Shown: positions 54,504-63,301 of the stretch, in pieces
Position numbering within the stretch: the stretch's first letter is position 1
Layout of the letters: each line of letters begins with the position of its first letter
NCBI GenBank assembly: GCA_028279725.1
Contig: JANQNE010000011.1
Location: 25,872 to 89,871, forward strand
DNA length: 64,000 bases
Source: Candidatus Nanoarchaeia archaeon
GTDB lineage: Archaea > Nanobdellota > Nanobdellia > Woesearchaeales > JANQNE01
Reading direction: 5' to 3'
Position numbers and translations under genes: made by a program
The notes under the pieces: model-generated
What the model saw: only the letters and a program-made list of their open reading frames with translations
The model's database searches: none
Told to the model about the DNA's origin: nothing

Positions 54504-55823
54504 TTATATAATATTTAATTGTAATCTTCTTTCTATCTCTTTACCAATCAACCTGTAATATTCTTTTAATGTAATTTCTCCATAATCTTTTCTTGCAGCC
54601 CTGTCGATGTAATAACACAGAGTGGTATTTAAGTAGTGATCATACATTCCTGTTGTTCCTAACAGGCTATCAAGTTTTCTAACACCTATATCAATCACTT
54701 CGATATAACGCGGAATTGGCATCTTATTATGCCTTACTAAGATGCTAGGGTCCTTACCATAGATATATTTCTTCATTTTCTTTGCATAAAAATCAAGCAG
54801 TTCTCTTCTGTCAACCGGAACTTTAACATTCAGATGGTGGGATTTAACACATATGCATCTTTCTTCTAATCTTTGCCCAGTCCTGTAATCATAAACATGT
54901 TTTAATGCGATAACTTCATAGTTTTTTTCTCTTTTTCTGATTGCAGCAAGTTCATCATCTGTTAGTTTTATAGCAACAGCATTAAATTTATGACCTATGG
55001 AAGCAGAAATGTTCAGTACAGCAACTCTATTTGCCTTAATATCTTCATCTGTTTCCCATTTCTTTCTGGTGGCGATCTTGTTAAATACTCTTTTATAACC
55101 TACCACCCACACAGGTGTTAATCTGGCTTTGAATTCTGCAGCTAAATCCTTTATAGGAGTTCCTGCTTTTTCTAAAGTTGATCTTAGTTCATCTATAGTT
55201 TCATCTGCATTCATCAGGCTGCCATAGCCAACCAAAGAATATGTGAAATTTCTTGGGTATTCTTCTTCAATATTTTTGGTCTCTTCTTTAGCAATCTCTG
55301 CTAATTCCTTTTCTTTTCCCAGGATTATCCCTTCTTGTCTGATGAGGGTCTCAAATTCATGAAAGTTCTTGATGAAAGAAGGGGGATTATCTAGGTGTTT
55401 TTTTAACCACCCCATCTGTTTTTGTAATACTGAAACCAGATTCCTTAGACTTTCGTGAAGGATATTAAGATCTGAATATTCCCGAAGAGTTAATTTAAAC
55501 AACTTCCTATTAGTTTTCCATCTAACCAGCAGGTCCTTTAAGATGTTTAATGCCTTACTTGAATATTTTTCCTCTGTTTTCTCATAATTTTCTTCAAGCC
55601 CAATAACCCGTAGAAGTTTCCTTGTTTCATTAAAGATGGCCTTTCCACCAAATGCAGTGATTTTACCTTTTTTCTGCTCGTCTCTACATCTTTTGATAAA
55701 AGCCAGTTTTCTCCTGTACCTGTCTTCCAAAGAATAAAATACCTTTAGCATGTCCTTTAAATTATCATCCAGTTTGTTTAACATATTAGAACTTTTTTTT
55801 GAGATGAATATGTCAAATATCAT
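54504..55823 (-). CDS. protein with a C-terminal ChaC/gamma-glutamylcyclotransferase-like domain and a helical N-terminal extension of roughly 200 aa
   Basis: LVGYGSLMN, VVGYKRVFN and IRKREKNYEV resemble ChaC blocks (YGSLxW, GxxRxF, RExxxY). Start placed at MIFDIF, 25 nt downstream of TATA ttttatata; the track ORF uses a TTG at 55877. Confidence 0.45.
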   Translation of the reverse strand: MIFDIFISKKSSNMLNKLDDNLKDMLKVFYSLEDRYRRKLAFIKRCRDEQKKGKITAFGGKAIFNETRKLLRVIGLEENYEKTEEKYSSKALNILKDLLVRWKTNRKLFKLTLREYSDLNILHESLRNLVSVLQKQMGWLKKHLDNPPSFIKNFHEFETLIRQEGIILGKEKELAEIAKEETKNIEEEYPRNFTYSLVGYGSLMNADETIDELRSTLEKAGTPIKDLAAEFKARLTPVWVVGYKRVFNKIATRKKWETDEDIKANRVAVLNISASIGHKFNAVAIKLTDDELAAIRKREKNYEVIALKHVYDYRTGQRLEERCICVKSHHLNVKVPVDRRELLDFYAKKMKKYIYGKDPSILVRHNKMPIPRYIEVIDIGVRKLDSLLGTTGMYDHYLNTTLCYYIDRAARKDYGEITLKEYYRLIGKEIERRLQLNII

Positions 55824-55917
55824 ATAGGTGGGAAATATGTGGGTGAGGTATATAAAATTTTCTACTCGTCTGATCAAAAGAAAAAATATTTAAACCCCTG
55901 TTACTTTAGCCTTATAA

Positions 55918-56928
55918 ATGGAAAAACGAAAAAGAGGAAGGAAAGACAAAAAGCTAGTTCTGTTCAGGAAGTTGAAAAAGATAGAGAGTGAGGTATTTAA
56001 TGACGGGTTTACATACCTGGTAAGCTTATTGAGATATCCAAATCACAGGAGTTTCCAGTACGGGACTTTAGAGCATATATACAAGAAAAGGAATGAGGGT
56101 TCTTTCAAGAATTTCTTTTTTGATAAGAAGTTGTATCAGCTTGTTAAGAAGGAGATTGAAATTCTTTATCCAAAATATAAAAGGATAAGGATAATCATAA
56201 CAAGGTATGGTATAATGGTGTGTGATAATTATAGGCCTAATAACTTTAATGTGTTGCTTCTGACTATCCATGCCGGAAGGTGGGCTCCTGAGAATATCGA
56301 AAAGAAGATGAGATTGACCAGGACAGGAAGGTTTAGGGAGGAAGATATCGACTCTGACAGGATATATTCTAATATTGTTCTTGAGAGAGGAGGTATATGG
56401 ATCAACTCTAAACTTTCAAGATATGTCTGTGACCTTAACAGGCCACAGAACAGGTGCATATATTTCAAGAAAGATGAGAAATGGATAGATAACGATATCT
56501 GGGATGATGATCTTACAAATAAAGAGATAACACAGATAAACAGGTGGCATCAGGATTTTTATGTTACACTACATAAAGTGTTGGAGACGTATAAGTTCAA
56601 TATAATATTTGACGGGCATACTATGAAAGACAGGCCTGGAAGACCAACGATAAGTTTTGGTACAAAGCATATATCTCCATTCTATATGCCTGTTGTGAGA
56701 GCGATGAAAAACAGGCTTAAGAAAGTGGGGTATAAAGATACTTTTTTCAACAGGCCTTATGGCGGTGGTTTCATTTTGAAATGGCTGAAGACCAAATTCC
56801 AGGATAAGTTTATATTCTCTATGGAGATAAACAAGAAAGAATATATGAATAAAGACAGGACTAAGACAAAGAAGGATAAGGTTGAAAGGTTAAGCCATGA
56901 GATAACACAGATATTTGATATAAAATGA
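55918..56928 (+). CDS. N-formylglutamate amidohydrolase (FGase) family protein
   Basis: LLLTIHAGRWAP, YVCDLNRPQN and NIIFDGHTM correspond to the HAG / DxNR / DxH(S/T) metal-site blocks of the FGase family. Confidence 0.55.
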   Translation: MEKRKRGRKDKKLVLFRKLKKIESEVFNDGFTYLVSLLRYPNHRSFQYGTLEHIYKKRNEGSFKNFFFDKKLYQLVKKEIEILYPKYKRIRIIITRYGIMVCDNYRPNNFNVLLLTIHAGRWAPENIEKKMRLTRTGRFREEDIDSDRIYSNIVLERGGIWINSKLSRYVCDLNRPQNRCIYFKKDEKWIDNDIWDDDLTNKEITQINRWHQDFYVTLHKVLETYKFNIIFDGHTMKDRPGRPTISFGTKHISPFYMPVVRAMKNRLKKVGYKDTFFNRPYGGGFILKWLKTKFQDKFIFSMEINKKEYMNKDRTKTKKDKVERLSHEITQIFDIK

Positions 56929-58325
56929 AGATAATAAACACGACAAAGAAGCAGAGCAATAAAAGGCCTTTGAAAAAGGCAAAGACCGGGCTGGAAGTAG
57001 AGATGTTTGTCATAGATAAAAAAGGAGATATGACACAGAAAGGATATTCTCTTGTGAAAAATGTCAAGAAAATAGAGGGAGAAGTTGAGATTGTAAAAGA
57101 AGTCGGAATGAATATGATCGAGTTCGGGTGTTATCCTAGTGTTAATACATACAACCCCGCGTTGGAACTGATCGAGTCTATAGAGAAGACAATAAAGATT
57201 GCAAAGAAAGATGGATTATTGCTATATCCTTTTGGAACTTATCCTGGAACCTCTGAATCAAAGCTTACTCCAGACACAAGAGGGCACTATAAGATCAAGA
57301 AGAAGATATTTGGAGATAAGAAATTTCCATTAGCAACAAAAGCGATAGGATTTCATCATCACTATGCTCTTCCTAAAGGGGTGTTTAATTACGAGAAGAA
57401 GGAATTAAAATTATTGATTGACAGTAAGTTGAAGAGAAGTTTGTTGAATTGCTATAATTTTGAGATCGCTATAGATCCTATATTGACGTTATTGACGCAA
57501 TCATCTCCATTTTTTGAAGGAGAACAGCTTGCTAAGGATTCGAGGATGCTGATATATAGGGGAGGAAAGAAACTAAAGTATAAGAAAGGGCTGTATCATA
57601 AGTTCCAGATATTAGGTGGGCTTCCTCCATATAAGCAGACTGAGACTGACCTGATAAGAAGTATCAAGAGGAGACAGCAGAAATGGAAGAGGCTTATAAG
57701 AAAGGCTGACAAGACTGTGAAGTTCAGGAAGATGTATCCGTTCAAGATGGATATAGGATGGAATCCTATAAAGATCAACAAGCATGGAACTTTGGAGGAA
57801 AGAGGGATGGACATGAACTACATGTCTATACTTCTTGGAGTCTCTGCTTTGATCAAGTTCTGTCTTAAGAAGATACAGAGAGATTTTATCGAGGTCATAC
57901 CTTCTGATATCGGGATAAAGGAGCCTTTCAAGATAAGGAAAGGTGTGATGTTTATCCCGCCGCATACACATATCAGGGAAAACTTACAGAAAGCCAGCGC
58001 TTATGAAGGATTTGATAATGATGAGCTTTACGAATATACAAAAGCATTCTATAAGCTTGCAAAGAGCTTGTCAAGAAAGATCTATTATCCTTTGTTTGAA
58101 AGGATCGAAGGGATGATAGAGAAAAGAAAGTCTGTCTCTGATGAGATCATCGATTATGCTAAGAGGAAGAAATTAATCAATGGTGATGGAAAGATATCAA
58201 ACAAGAATGCAAAAGTTCTTGCATTGTATCTGTCTAAGAAGTTTGAGAGGGACCTTAAGGAGACAAAGAAGATAGTAAAGGAGATAATGACGAAGCATAA
58301 AAGACAGATCAAGACTAAAAGATGA
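56925..58325 (+). CDS. carboxylate-amine ligase, glutamate-cysteine ligase family 2 (GCS2/YbdK-like)
   Basis: TGLEVEMFVIDKKGD, GFHHHYALP, ERGMD. Overlaps both neighbours by 4 nt. Confidence 0.6.
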   Translation: MKIINTTKKQSNKRPLKKAKTGLEVEMFVIDKKGDMTQKGYSLVKNVKKIEGEVEIVKEVGMNMIEFGCYPSVNTYNPALELIESIEKTIKIAKKDGLLLYPFGTYPGTSESKLTPDTRGHYKIKKKIFGDKKFPLATKAIGFHHHYALPKGVFNYEKKELKLLIDSKLKRSLLNCYNFEIAIDPILTLLTQSSPFFEGEQLAKDSRMLIYRGGKKLKYKKGLYHKFQILGGLPPYKQTETDLIRSIKRRQQKWKRLIRKADKTVKFRKMYPFKMDIGWNPIKINKHGTLEERGMDMNYMSILLGVSALIKFCLKKIQRDFIEVIPSDIGIKEPFKIRKGVMFIPPHTHIRENLQKASAYEGFDNDELYEYTKAFYKLAKSLSRKIYYPLFERIEGMIEKRKSVSDEIIDYAKRKKLINGDGKISNKNAKVLALYLSKKFERDLKETKKIVKEIMTKHKRQIKTKR

Positions 58326-58969
58326 TAAAGGCTATCGTATTTGATATGGACGGAGTAATAGTTGATTCTGAGAAGTTGCACTTTCAGGCCTGGAAAATTC
58401 TTTTTAAGCAGGAGAAAGGTATTGAGATCGATGAAAAATATTTTAAGAAGATGGTCGGAACTACAGATCTTTTTACAGTCAGACATTTTTTCAGGAAATA
58501 TAAGATAAGGGGAAATATCCAGGAATGGAGGATGAAGAAGAAAAGAATCATACTCAAGATGTTTAGGGAGAAAGGGAAGATCTTTCCAGGGGTTAAACAT
58601 ATTATCAGGAAGCTGAGCGCTAAGTATAAGATGGGATTAGCTACAGGAGCCTGGAGAGCATCAGCTAATGTTGTGATGAAGAAGTTTGATCTTAAGCAGT
58701 ATATCTCTAAGATGGTCACGAAAGAAGATGTCAGGAATCATAAGCCGCATCCTCAGGCTTATCAGAAGATGGCAAATCTTTTAGGGGTTGATGAGAAAGA
58801 GTGTGTTGTATTTGAGGATTCTGTGCCTGGAATATTGGCTGCAAAAAGAGCTAAATGCAAATGTATCGCTGTTACAAACAGCCATCCTGCAGCAAAGCTG
58901 AAGAAAGCTGACCTGGTTGTGAAGGATCTTAGGGATAAGAGGATAGGAAAGTTTATTAGTTCTTTATAG
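58322..58969 (+). CDS. HAD-IA hydrolase (beta-phosphoglucomutase-like phosphatase)
   Basis: IVFDMDGVIVDSE, GLATGA, HKPHPQAY, VFEDSVPGILAAKRAK. Confidence 0.8.
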   Translation: MIKAIVFDMDGVIVDSEKLHFQAWKILFKQEKGIEIDEKYFKKMVGTTDLFTVRHFFRKYKIRGNIQEWRMKKKRIILKMFREKGKIFPGVKHIIRKLSAKYKMGLATGAWRASANVVMKKFDLKQYISKMVTKEDVRNHKPHPQAYQKMANLLGVDEKECVVFEDSVPGILAAKRAKCKCIAVTNSHPAAKLKKADLVVKDLRDKRIGKFISSL

Positions 58970-59003
58970 TATACTGGTATACGTTTTTGTATATTATGTT
59001 GAT

Positions 59004-59098
59004 GGTATAGCACGCTTTGTCTGCTTCTGAAATGGCTGGAGAAGCAGATTTTAGTCAATACAGAAGCTGTATCTGAAGACTGCGCTTGGTGCTATACT
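59004..59098. ncRNA. conserved ~95-nt hairpin element, copy C (candidate structured RNA)
   Basis: Closing helix GGTATAGCAC:GTGCTATACT, inner helix GTCT:AGAC, internal hairpins TCTGCTTC:GAAGCAGA and TACAG:CTGTA, blocks CAGATTTTAGT and GAAGACTGCGCTTG. Confidence 0.6.
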
Positions 59099-59163
59099 TT
59101 ATATCCGAAATATTTAAATAAAGAATCGAGATTTCTATCGCTACAAATAACAAGAGTGATAAC

Positions 59164-59355
59164 ATGGGAAGAATAAAAACAAAACTGGTAAAAAGAATAA
59201 CAAACGAACTGATAAAACAGTACGGAGAAAACTTCAAGAAGGAGTTTGAAGAGAACAAGAAATTAGTAGAGAAATATTCCAGTGTTCCATCTGTAAAGAT
59301 GAGGAACATTATAGCTGGATATGTAACAAGACAGATGAAGAATAACGAAGAGTGA
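59164..59355 (+). CDS. rps17e: 30S ribosomal protein S17e
   Basis: MGRIKTKLVKRITNELIKQYGENF...MRNIIAGYVTR is the S17e pattern. Confidence 0.9.
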   Translation: MGRIKTKLVKRITNELIKQYGENFKKEFEENKKLVEKYSSVPSVKMRNIIAGYVTRQMKNNEE

Positions 59356-59367
59356 GGTTGAGAGAAA

Positions 59368-59649
59368 ATGGCAGAAGACAATTCAATATTTGTGGGCGGA
59401 AAGCCGTTCATGAACTATGTGACAGCAGTGGTTATGCAGTTTACGACAAAGAATGCAGACGAAGTTTTGATAAAAGCAAGAGGAAAGTTTATTTCAAGAG
59501 CTGTAGATGTAGCGGAAGTCGCTGCAAAGAGATTCTTAGACGGGCAGATCGAGCCTAAAGAGATCAGAGTAGACAGTGAAGAGTTCCAGAATAAGGAAGG
59601 AAAACAGGTCAGAGTCTCTACAATCGAAATAATACTAGGAAGGAAGTGA
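59368..59649 (+). CDS. albA: Alba DNA/RNA-binding protein
   Basis: NSIFVGGKPFMNYVTAVVMQF...VLIKARGKFISRAVDVAEV. Confidence 0.9.
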   Translation: MAEDNSIFVGGKPFMNYVTAVVMQFTTKNADEVLIKARGKFISRAVDVAEVAAKRFLDGQIEPKEIRVDSEEFQNKEGKQVRVSTIEIILGRK

Positions 59650-59654
59650 TCTAA

Positions 59655-59798
59655 TTGATAGGGATAATTTTTATTTTATTACTTTTGGCAGTCTGTACAG
59701 CTGCACCGATATATTACTATAAGAAGAAAAATGAAAAGCCGGCTGTATATGTCTGGGTTGGCGAAGGAAAGAATCCTTTGGATGAGATTTCTGAATAA
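59655..59798 (+). CDS. possible 47-aa single-pass membrane protein (TTG start)
   Basis: SD-like GGAAGTGAT 5 nt upstream of the TTG. (M)IGIIFILLLLAVCTAAPIYYYKKKNEKPAVYVWVGEGKNPLDEISE. Below the track cutoff. Confidence 0.3.
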   Translation: MIGIIFILLLLAVCTAAPIYYYKKKNEKPAVYVWVGEGKNPLDEISE

Positions 59799-59834
59799 GT
59801 AGTTTTTTATATGATTAATTTAATTCTTGTAGTT

Positions 59835-59936
59835 GGGCCTATAGTCTAATGGATAGAACAACCGGCTTCGGTAAGTGGGGTCAAAAGCTTCGCTTGTGGG
59901 TACCGGTTAGTGGGGGTTCGAATCCTCCTAGGCCCA
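59835..59936 (+). tRNA. tRNA-Arg (anticodon TCG) with a 30-nt intron at the canonical 37/38 position; no encoded CCA
   Basis: Acceptor GGGCCTA:TAGGCCC (7 bp), anticodon stem ACCGG:CCGGT, loop C-T-TCG-G-[intron 59872-59901]-A, T arm GGGGG-TTCGAAT-CCTCC, discriminator A. The mature length is 72 nt. The D stem has one mismatch. Confidence 0.8.
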
Positions 59937-60023
59937 TATTTTCTTCATTCTCCTTGTTGGGTGGATAAACCGTAAACTTTATATACTACACTTATAAAGA
60001 TTAGGTTAAAAGAGGTGATTTCA

Positions 60024-60275
60024 GTGGCTAAGAAAGCTATCAAAAAGATCAAAGAAATCTCTGAGGAAAGTTTCTTCAAAAAACACATCAGAAGATTTGG
60101 TATGGGTATTCTTGTTCTTTGTCAAGCTCTTGCATTCGGTATTGTAGGAGGAATAATATATTATGCGCTTGTATTTTACAGACTCATATTTCCAGCAGTC
60201 ATATTTGTACTGATCCTGATATATTTCGCAGGAGCATATGAGGAACTGAAGAGAGAAAAGTTGTATAAGAAATGA
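60024..60275 (+). CDS. small two-helix membrane protein
   Basis: SD AGAGGTGAT lies before the GTG at 60024. Hydrophobic GILVLCQALAFGIVGGIIYYALVFY and FPAVIFVLILIYFAG. Confidence 0.45.
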   Translation: MAKKAIKKIKEISEESFFKKHIRRFGMGILVLCQALAFGIVGGIIYYALVFYRLIFPAVIFVLILIYFAGAYEELKREKLYKK

Positions 60276-60505
60276 TCGAAGAGATAACAACAACAATCGG
60301 CTTTCAGGAGCTGAGTAAGGAAATTTTTGTTTACCAGCAAGCAACTTTGTTATTTTGCTTGCTAATCTCTGTTTCTATCTACCTGTTATTGCCTAAAAGA
60401 GTTGAGAACAGCAGAAGGATCGCTGCATCAGCATTGATCTTTATGGGCTTGTTCGGATTGTTCTCTATATTATTGAAAACATTAGTGAGAATCTTCACAA
60501 GATAA
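60272..60505 (+). CDS. small two-helix membrane protein
   Basis: Overlaps the upstream stop by 4 nt. Hydrophobic ATLLFCLLISVSIYLLL and ALIFMGLFGLFSILL. Confidence 0.45.
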   Translation: MIEEITTTIGFQELSKEIFVYQQATLLFCLLISVSIYLLLPKRVENSRRIAASALIFMGLFGLFSILLKTLVRIFTR

Positions 60506-60507
60506 GA

Positions 60508-61404
60508 TCATATCTTCTTCAATAATTCCTTGAATTGCTGATCAGATCCTGATAGGTTTCTTGGATCATTTAAAATCTCATGTAGCTGTATCTGAGCGTC
60601 AGTCCAGTCTTTAATCACCTGTCTGTCTTTTAACAGGGTTTTAGGCTCAGATTTTTTCAATCTCTCCATGCCATTCATGCTGACCACTCCTAATCCATCT
60701 ACTTTGATACTGTATCTTATCCCATTCCCATCTAATACTCTGGAGAAATAATTTATGGCACTTCCTGCAGAACCATCAGGGATAGAGAATAATCCTCCAC
60801 TAGACTGAGCATTCTTTATCAAAAGATAAGACAATGCTGGTGCTGATGAGTTAACCTCTTCAACGATCTTCTTAGTGTCAGCTCCAGTACCAGACAGATG
60901 GTTTATCCTGTTGGCTATATTGATTATCCTTTTAGTGGAAAAGCTCTCAAAATTATAAGGACTGTATCCTTCTGGAAGATCTACACTTCCATAAACTTTT
61001 ATCAATGTGTCTAAACCTTCTTTGAATGTTTCTGCTGCTTCTTTTGCGATCCCAGCACCATATTTTCCAAATGTAAGATTTGAAGCAAGACCTATGTACT
61101 TGTGGGCGTTTTCTATATCCTGTGCCTTATCAAATTTCTCTACAAAGAAATCCATATCTTTTATCCTGTCATGCATCCCTGCCCTGTATGCATAATCCAT
61201 CCCAAGAGATATGCAGCCTTCATAAGAAGGAGACTTGTCTACCTTATGCTGATAGTGTTCTGGAATACTGAAATTGCCCAACAATGAGGTATGGACTACA
61301 GAACGTAATGCTTCGTTAAATAATAGAGCTTTAGCTGATGGATCATGCTTTGCAAAACTCTCTACTGTGCTGAAATAAAGGTTATTTATTTCTCTTTCCT
61401 TCAT
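60508..61404 (-). CDS. hypothetical protein
   Basis: 298-aa ORF with normal composition. No recognisable motif. Confidence 0.55.
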   Translation of the reverse strand: MKEREINNLYFSTVESFAKHDPSAKALLFNEALRSVVHTSLLGNFSIPEHYQHKVDKSPSYEGCISLGMDYAYRAGMHDRIKDMDFFVEKFDKAQDIENAHKYIGLASNLTFGKYGAGIAKEAAETFKEGLDTLIKVYGSVDLPEGYSPYNFESFSTKRIINIANRINHLSGTGADTKKIVEEVNSSAPALSYLLIKNAQSSGGLFSIPDGSAGSAINYFSRVLDGNGIRYSIKVDGLGVVSMNGMERLKKSEPKTLLKDRQVIKDWTDAQIQLHEILNDPRNLSGSDQQFKELLKKI

Positions 61405-61515
61405 AAACTACACCCTAGAAGTAGTGAGATTTACTGATATATAAATGTTTCGTTTTTTTACCACTAATAGGGAGTAACAGCAAGGTTTATATAGAACTCG
61501 AAATTTCCAGAAAAG

Positions 61516-61839
61516 ATGAATAGAAGCTATATGCAAGAATACAAACTAGAACTGTTTGGAGATGAAGGTTATCAGTTCAGGAAGAGAGCTGAAGACAGAG
61601 GGCTTCCTGATGGTAATGTTGGAGAGGATGGATTCTATCTTCAAGGTGTTAAGAAAACCTCACTCAGAAAATTGTGGAACTATCTTAAGGATCATAACAC
61701 TAAGATAAGAGTATATGTGGGAGACGGAGTTATTGAAAGAGTCGAGAAAGCGAAGAATGGAAGCACTATAGCAAAAAATCAGGTGTTAGGTTATCTTGCT
61801 ATGTATGCTGCTATAGCTCCTGACAAGGAAAAGGTTTAA
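61516..61839 (+). CDS. hypothetical protein
   Basis: 107-aa ORF. No recognisable motif. Confidence 0.45.
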   Translation: MNRSYMQEYKLELFGDEGYQFRKRAEDRGLPDGNVGEDGFYLQGVKKTSLRKLWNYLKDHNTKIRVYVGDGVIERVEKAKNGSTIAKNQVLGYLAMYAAIAPDKEKV

Positions 61840-61844
61840 ATATA
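61835..61844 (+). promoter_or_regulatory. TATA box for leaderless proS
   Basis: tttaaatata is centred about 26 nt before the ATG at 61865. No SD in between. Confidence 0.4.
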
Positions 61845-61864
61845 GCTGTTAAATGGTGTTTTGT

Positions 61865-63301
61865 ATGGCTGAGAAAGAGGAGAACATCGGTATAACTGTG
61901 AAAAAAGAGGATGATATGCCAGAATGGTATTCTCAAGTCTGCCAGAAAGCTGAACTGGCTGATACTTCTTCGATAAAAGGATTTATGGTCATAAGGCCAA
62001 ATGGTTATGGCATATGGGAAAATATCCAGGATTATTTTAACAAAGTGATAAGAGAGAGAAAAGTAAGGAATGCTTATTTTCCACTTCTTATTCCTGAGAG
62101 TTTTTTTAAGAAAGAGGCAGAACATGCAGAAGGGTTTGCTCCTGAGCTTGCCTGGGTTGGCGGAGCTGCTGAGGAAGGAGAAGAAAGATTAGCTATAAGG
62201 CCTACATCTGAAACTATAATGTATGATTCTTATTCAAAGTGGATCAGATCATATAGGGACCTTCCTTTGAGGATAAACCAATGGTGTAATGTTCTTAGAT
62301 GGGAAGTTAAGCAGACTAAAGTTTTTTTGAGAACAAGAGAGTTTTTGTGGCAGGAAGGGCATTGTGTATATGAAACAGAGGAAGAATGTGATAAGGAAGT
62401 TTATATGTTCTTAGATGAATATAAGAGATTAGCTGAGGAGCAGCTAGCTGTTCCTGTGCTTACTGGAAAGAAAACTGAGAAAGAGAAGTTTGCTGGTGCG
62501 AAATATACTACTACAATAGAAGCTTTTATGCCGGACGGAAAAGCATTGCAGTGTGGAACTTCACATAATCTTGGGCAAGGGTTTGCTGAAGGTTTTGGAA
62601 TCAGATATATAGGAAAGGATGAGAAAGAACACATACCTTGGCAGAACAGCTGGGGATTTTCTACAAGACTGATCGGAGCTATAATCATGACCCATGGAGA
62701 TAATAAGGGAATGGTCATGCCTCCTAGAATTGCAAAAGATAAGATCGTAATTGTTCCTATATTGTTTGATAAGACAAAGAAAGAAGTTTTGAAAAAGGCT
62801 GATGAGCTTGAGAAGAAATTATCAGAGTATGGAGTTATTGTTGATGACAGAGAAGGATACAGCCCTGGATGGAAGTATAATGAATGGGAGATGAAAGGAG
62901 TTCCTTTGAGATTAGAGGTCGGCCCTAAGGATATCGAGAAAAAGCATGTAGTTGTTGTAAGAAGAGATAATGGAAAGAAGGAATTTGTGAAAGAAGCTGA
63001 TCTTATAAAGAGGATACCTAAGATAATTGATGAGATGCATGGTGATATGTTCGCTAAAGCGAAGAAACATCTTGATGAAAGTATTGTAGAAGTTAAGAGC
63101 TGGGAAGAGTTTGAAAAAGTAGTAAAGGAAAATAAGATCGCTAAAGCACCTTTCTGCGGAGAGGGGGAATGTGAAGACTGGATAAAGGATAAGTCAGGCG
63201 GAATCACTTCAAGATGTGTTGCTGAAGGCAAGCCAAAAGATAAGTGTGTCCAGTGCGGAAAGAAAGCTGAAGAGTTTGTGTATTTCTCAAAGAGTTACTG
63301 A
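61865..63301 (+). CDS. proS: prolyl-tRNA synthetase, archaeal/eukaryotic type
   Basis: WYSQVCQKAELAD, AIRPTSET, RWEVK.TKVFLRTREFLWQEGH, TSHNLGQ, and a C-terminal Zn-binding domain ending in Y. Confidence 0.9.
   Translation: MAEKEENIGITVKKEDDMPEWYSQVCQKAELADTSSIKGFMVIRPNGYGIWENIQDYFNKVIRERKVRNAYFPLLIPESFFKKEAEHAEGFAPELAWVGGAAEEGEERLAIRPTSETIMYDSYSKWIRSYRDLPLRINQWCNVLRWEVKQTKVFLRTREFLWQEGHCVYETEEECDKEVYMFLDEYKRLAEEQLAVPVLTGKKTEKEKFAGAKYTTTIEAFMPDGKALQCGTSHNLGQGFAEGFGIRYIGKDEKEHIPWQNSWGFSTRLIGAIIMTHGDNKGMVMPPRIAKDKIVIVPILFDKTKKEVLKKADELEKKLSEYGVIVDDREGYSPGWKYNEWEMKGVPLRLEVGPKDIEKKHVVVVRRDNGKKEFVKEADLIKRIPKIIDEMHGDMFAKAKKHLDESIVEVKSWEEFEKVVKENKIAKAPFCGEGECEDWIKDKSGGITSRCVAEGKPKDKCVQCGKKAEEFVYFSKSY

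Noticed and set aside
59004-59098. Reading the repeated hairpin element as a C/D-box or H/ACA-box guide sRNA, or as a MITE.
   Set aside because: Copy C has TGATGG and CTGA strings, but they are not conserved in copies A and B. No single-stranded ACA follows the basal helix. No target-site duplications flank the copies, and the terminal arms differ between copies while remaining complementary, unlike MITE terminal inverted repeats.
59352-59558. 68-aa ORF overlapping the alba gene in another frame.
   Set aside because: The Alba frame (59368..59649) has unmistakable family sequence. The alternative frame is Arg/Cys-rich noise.
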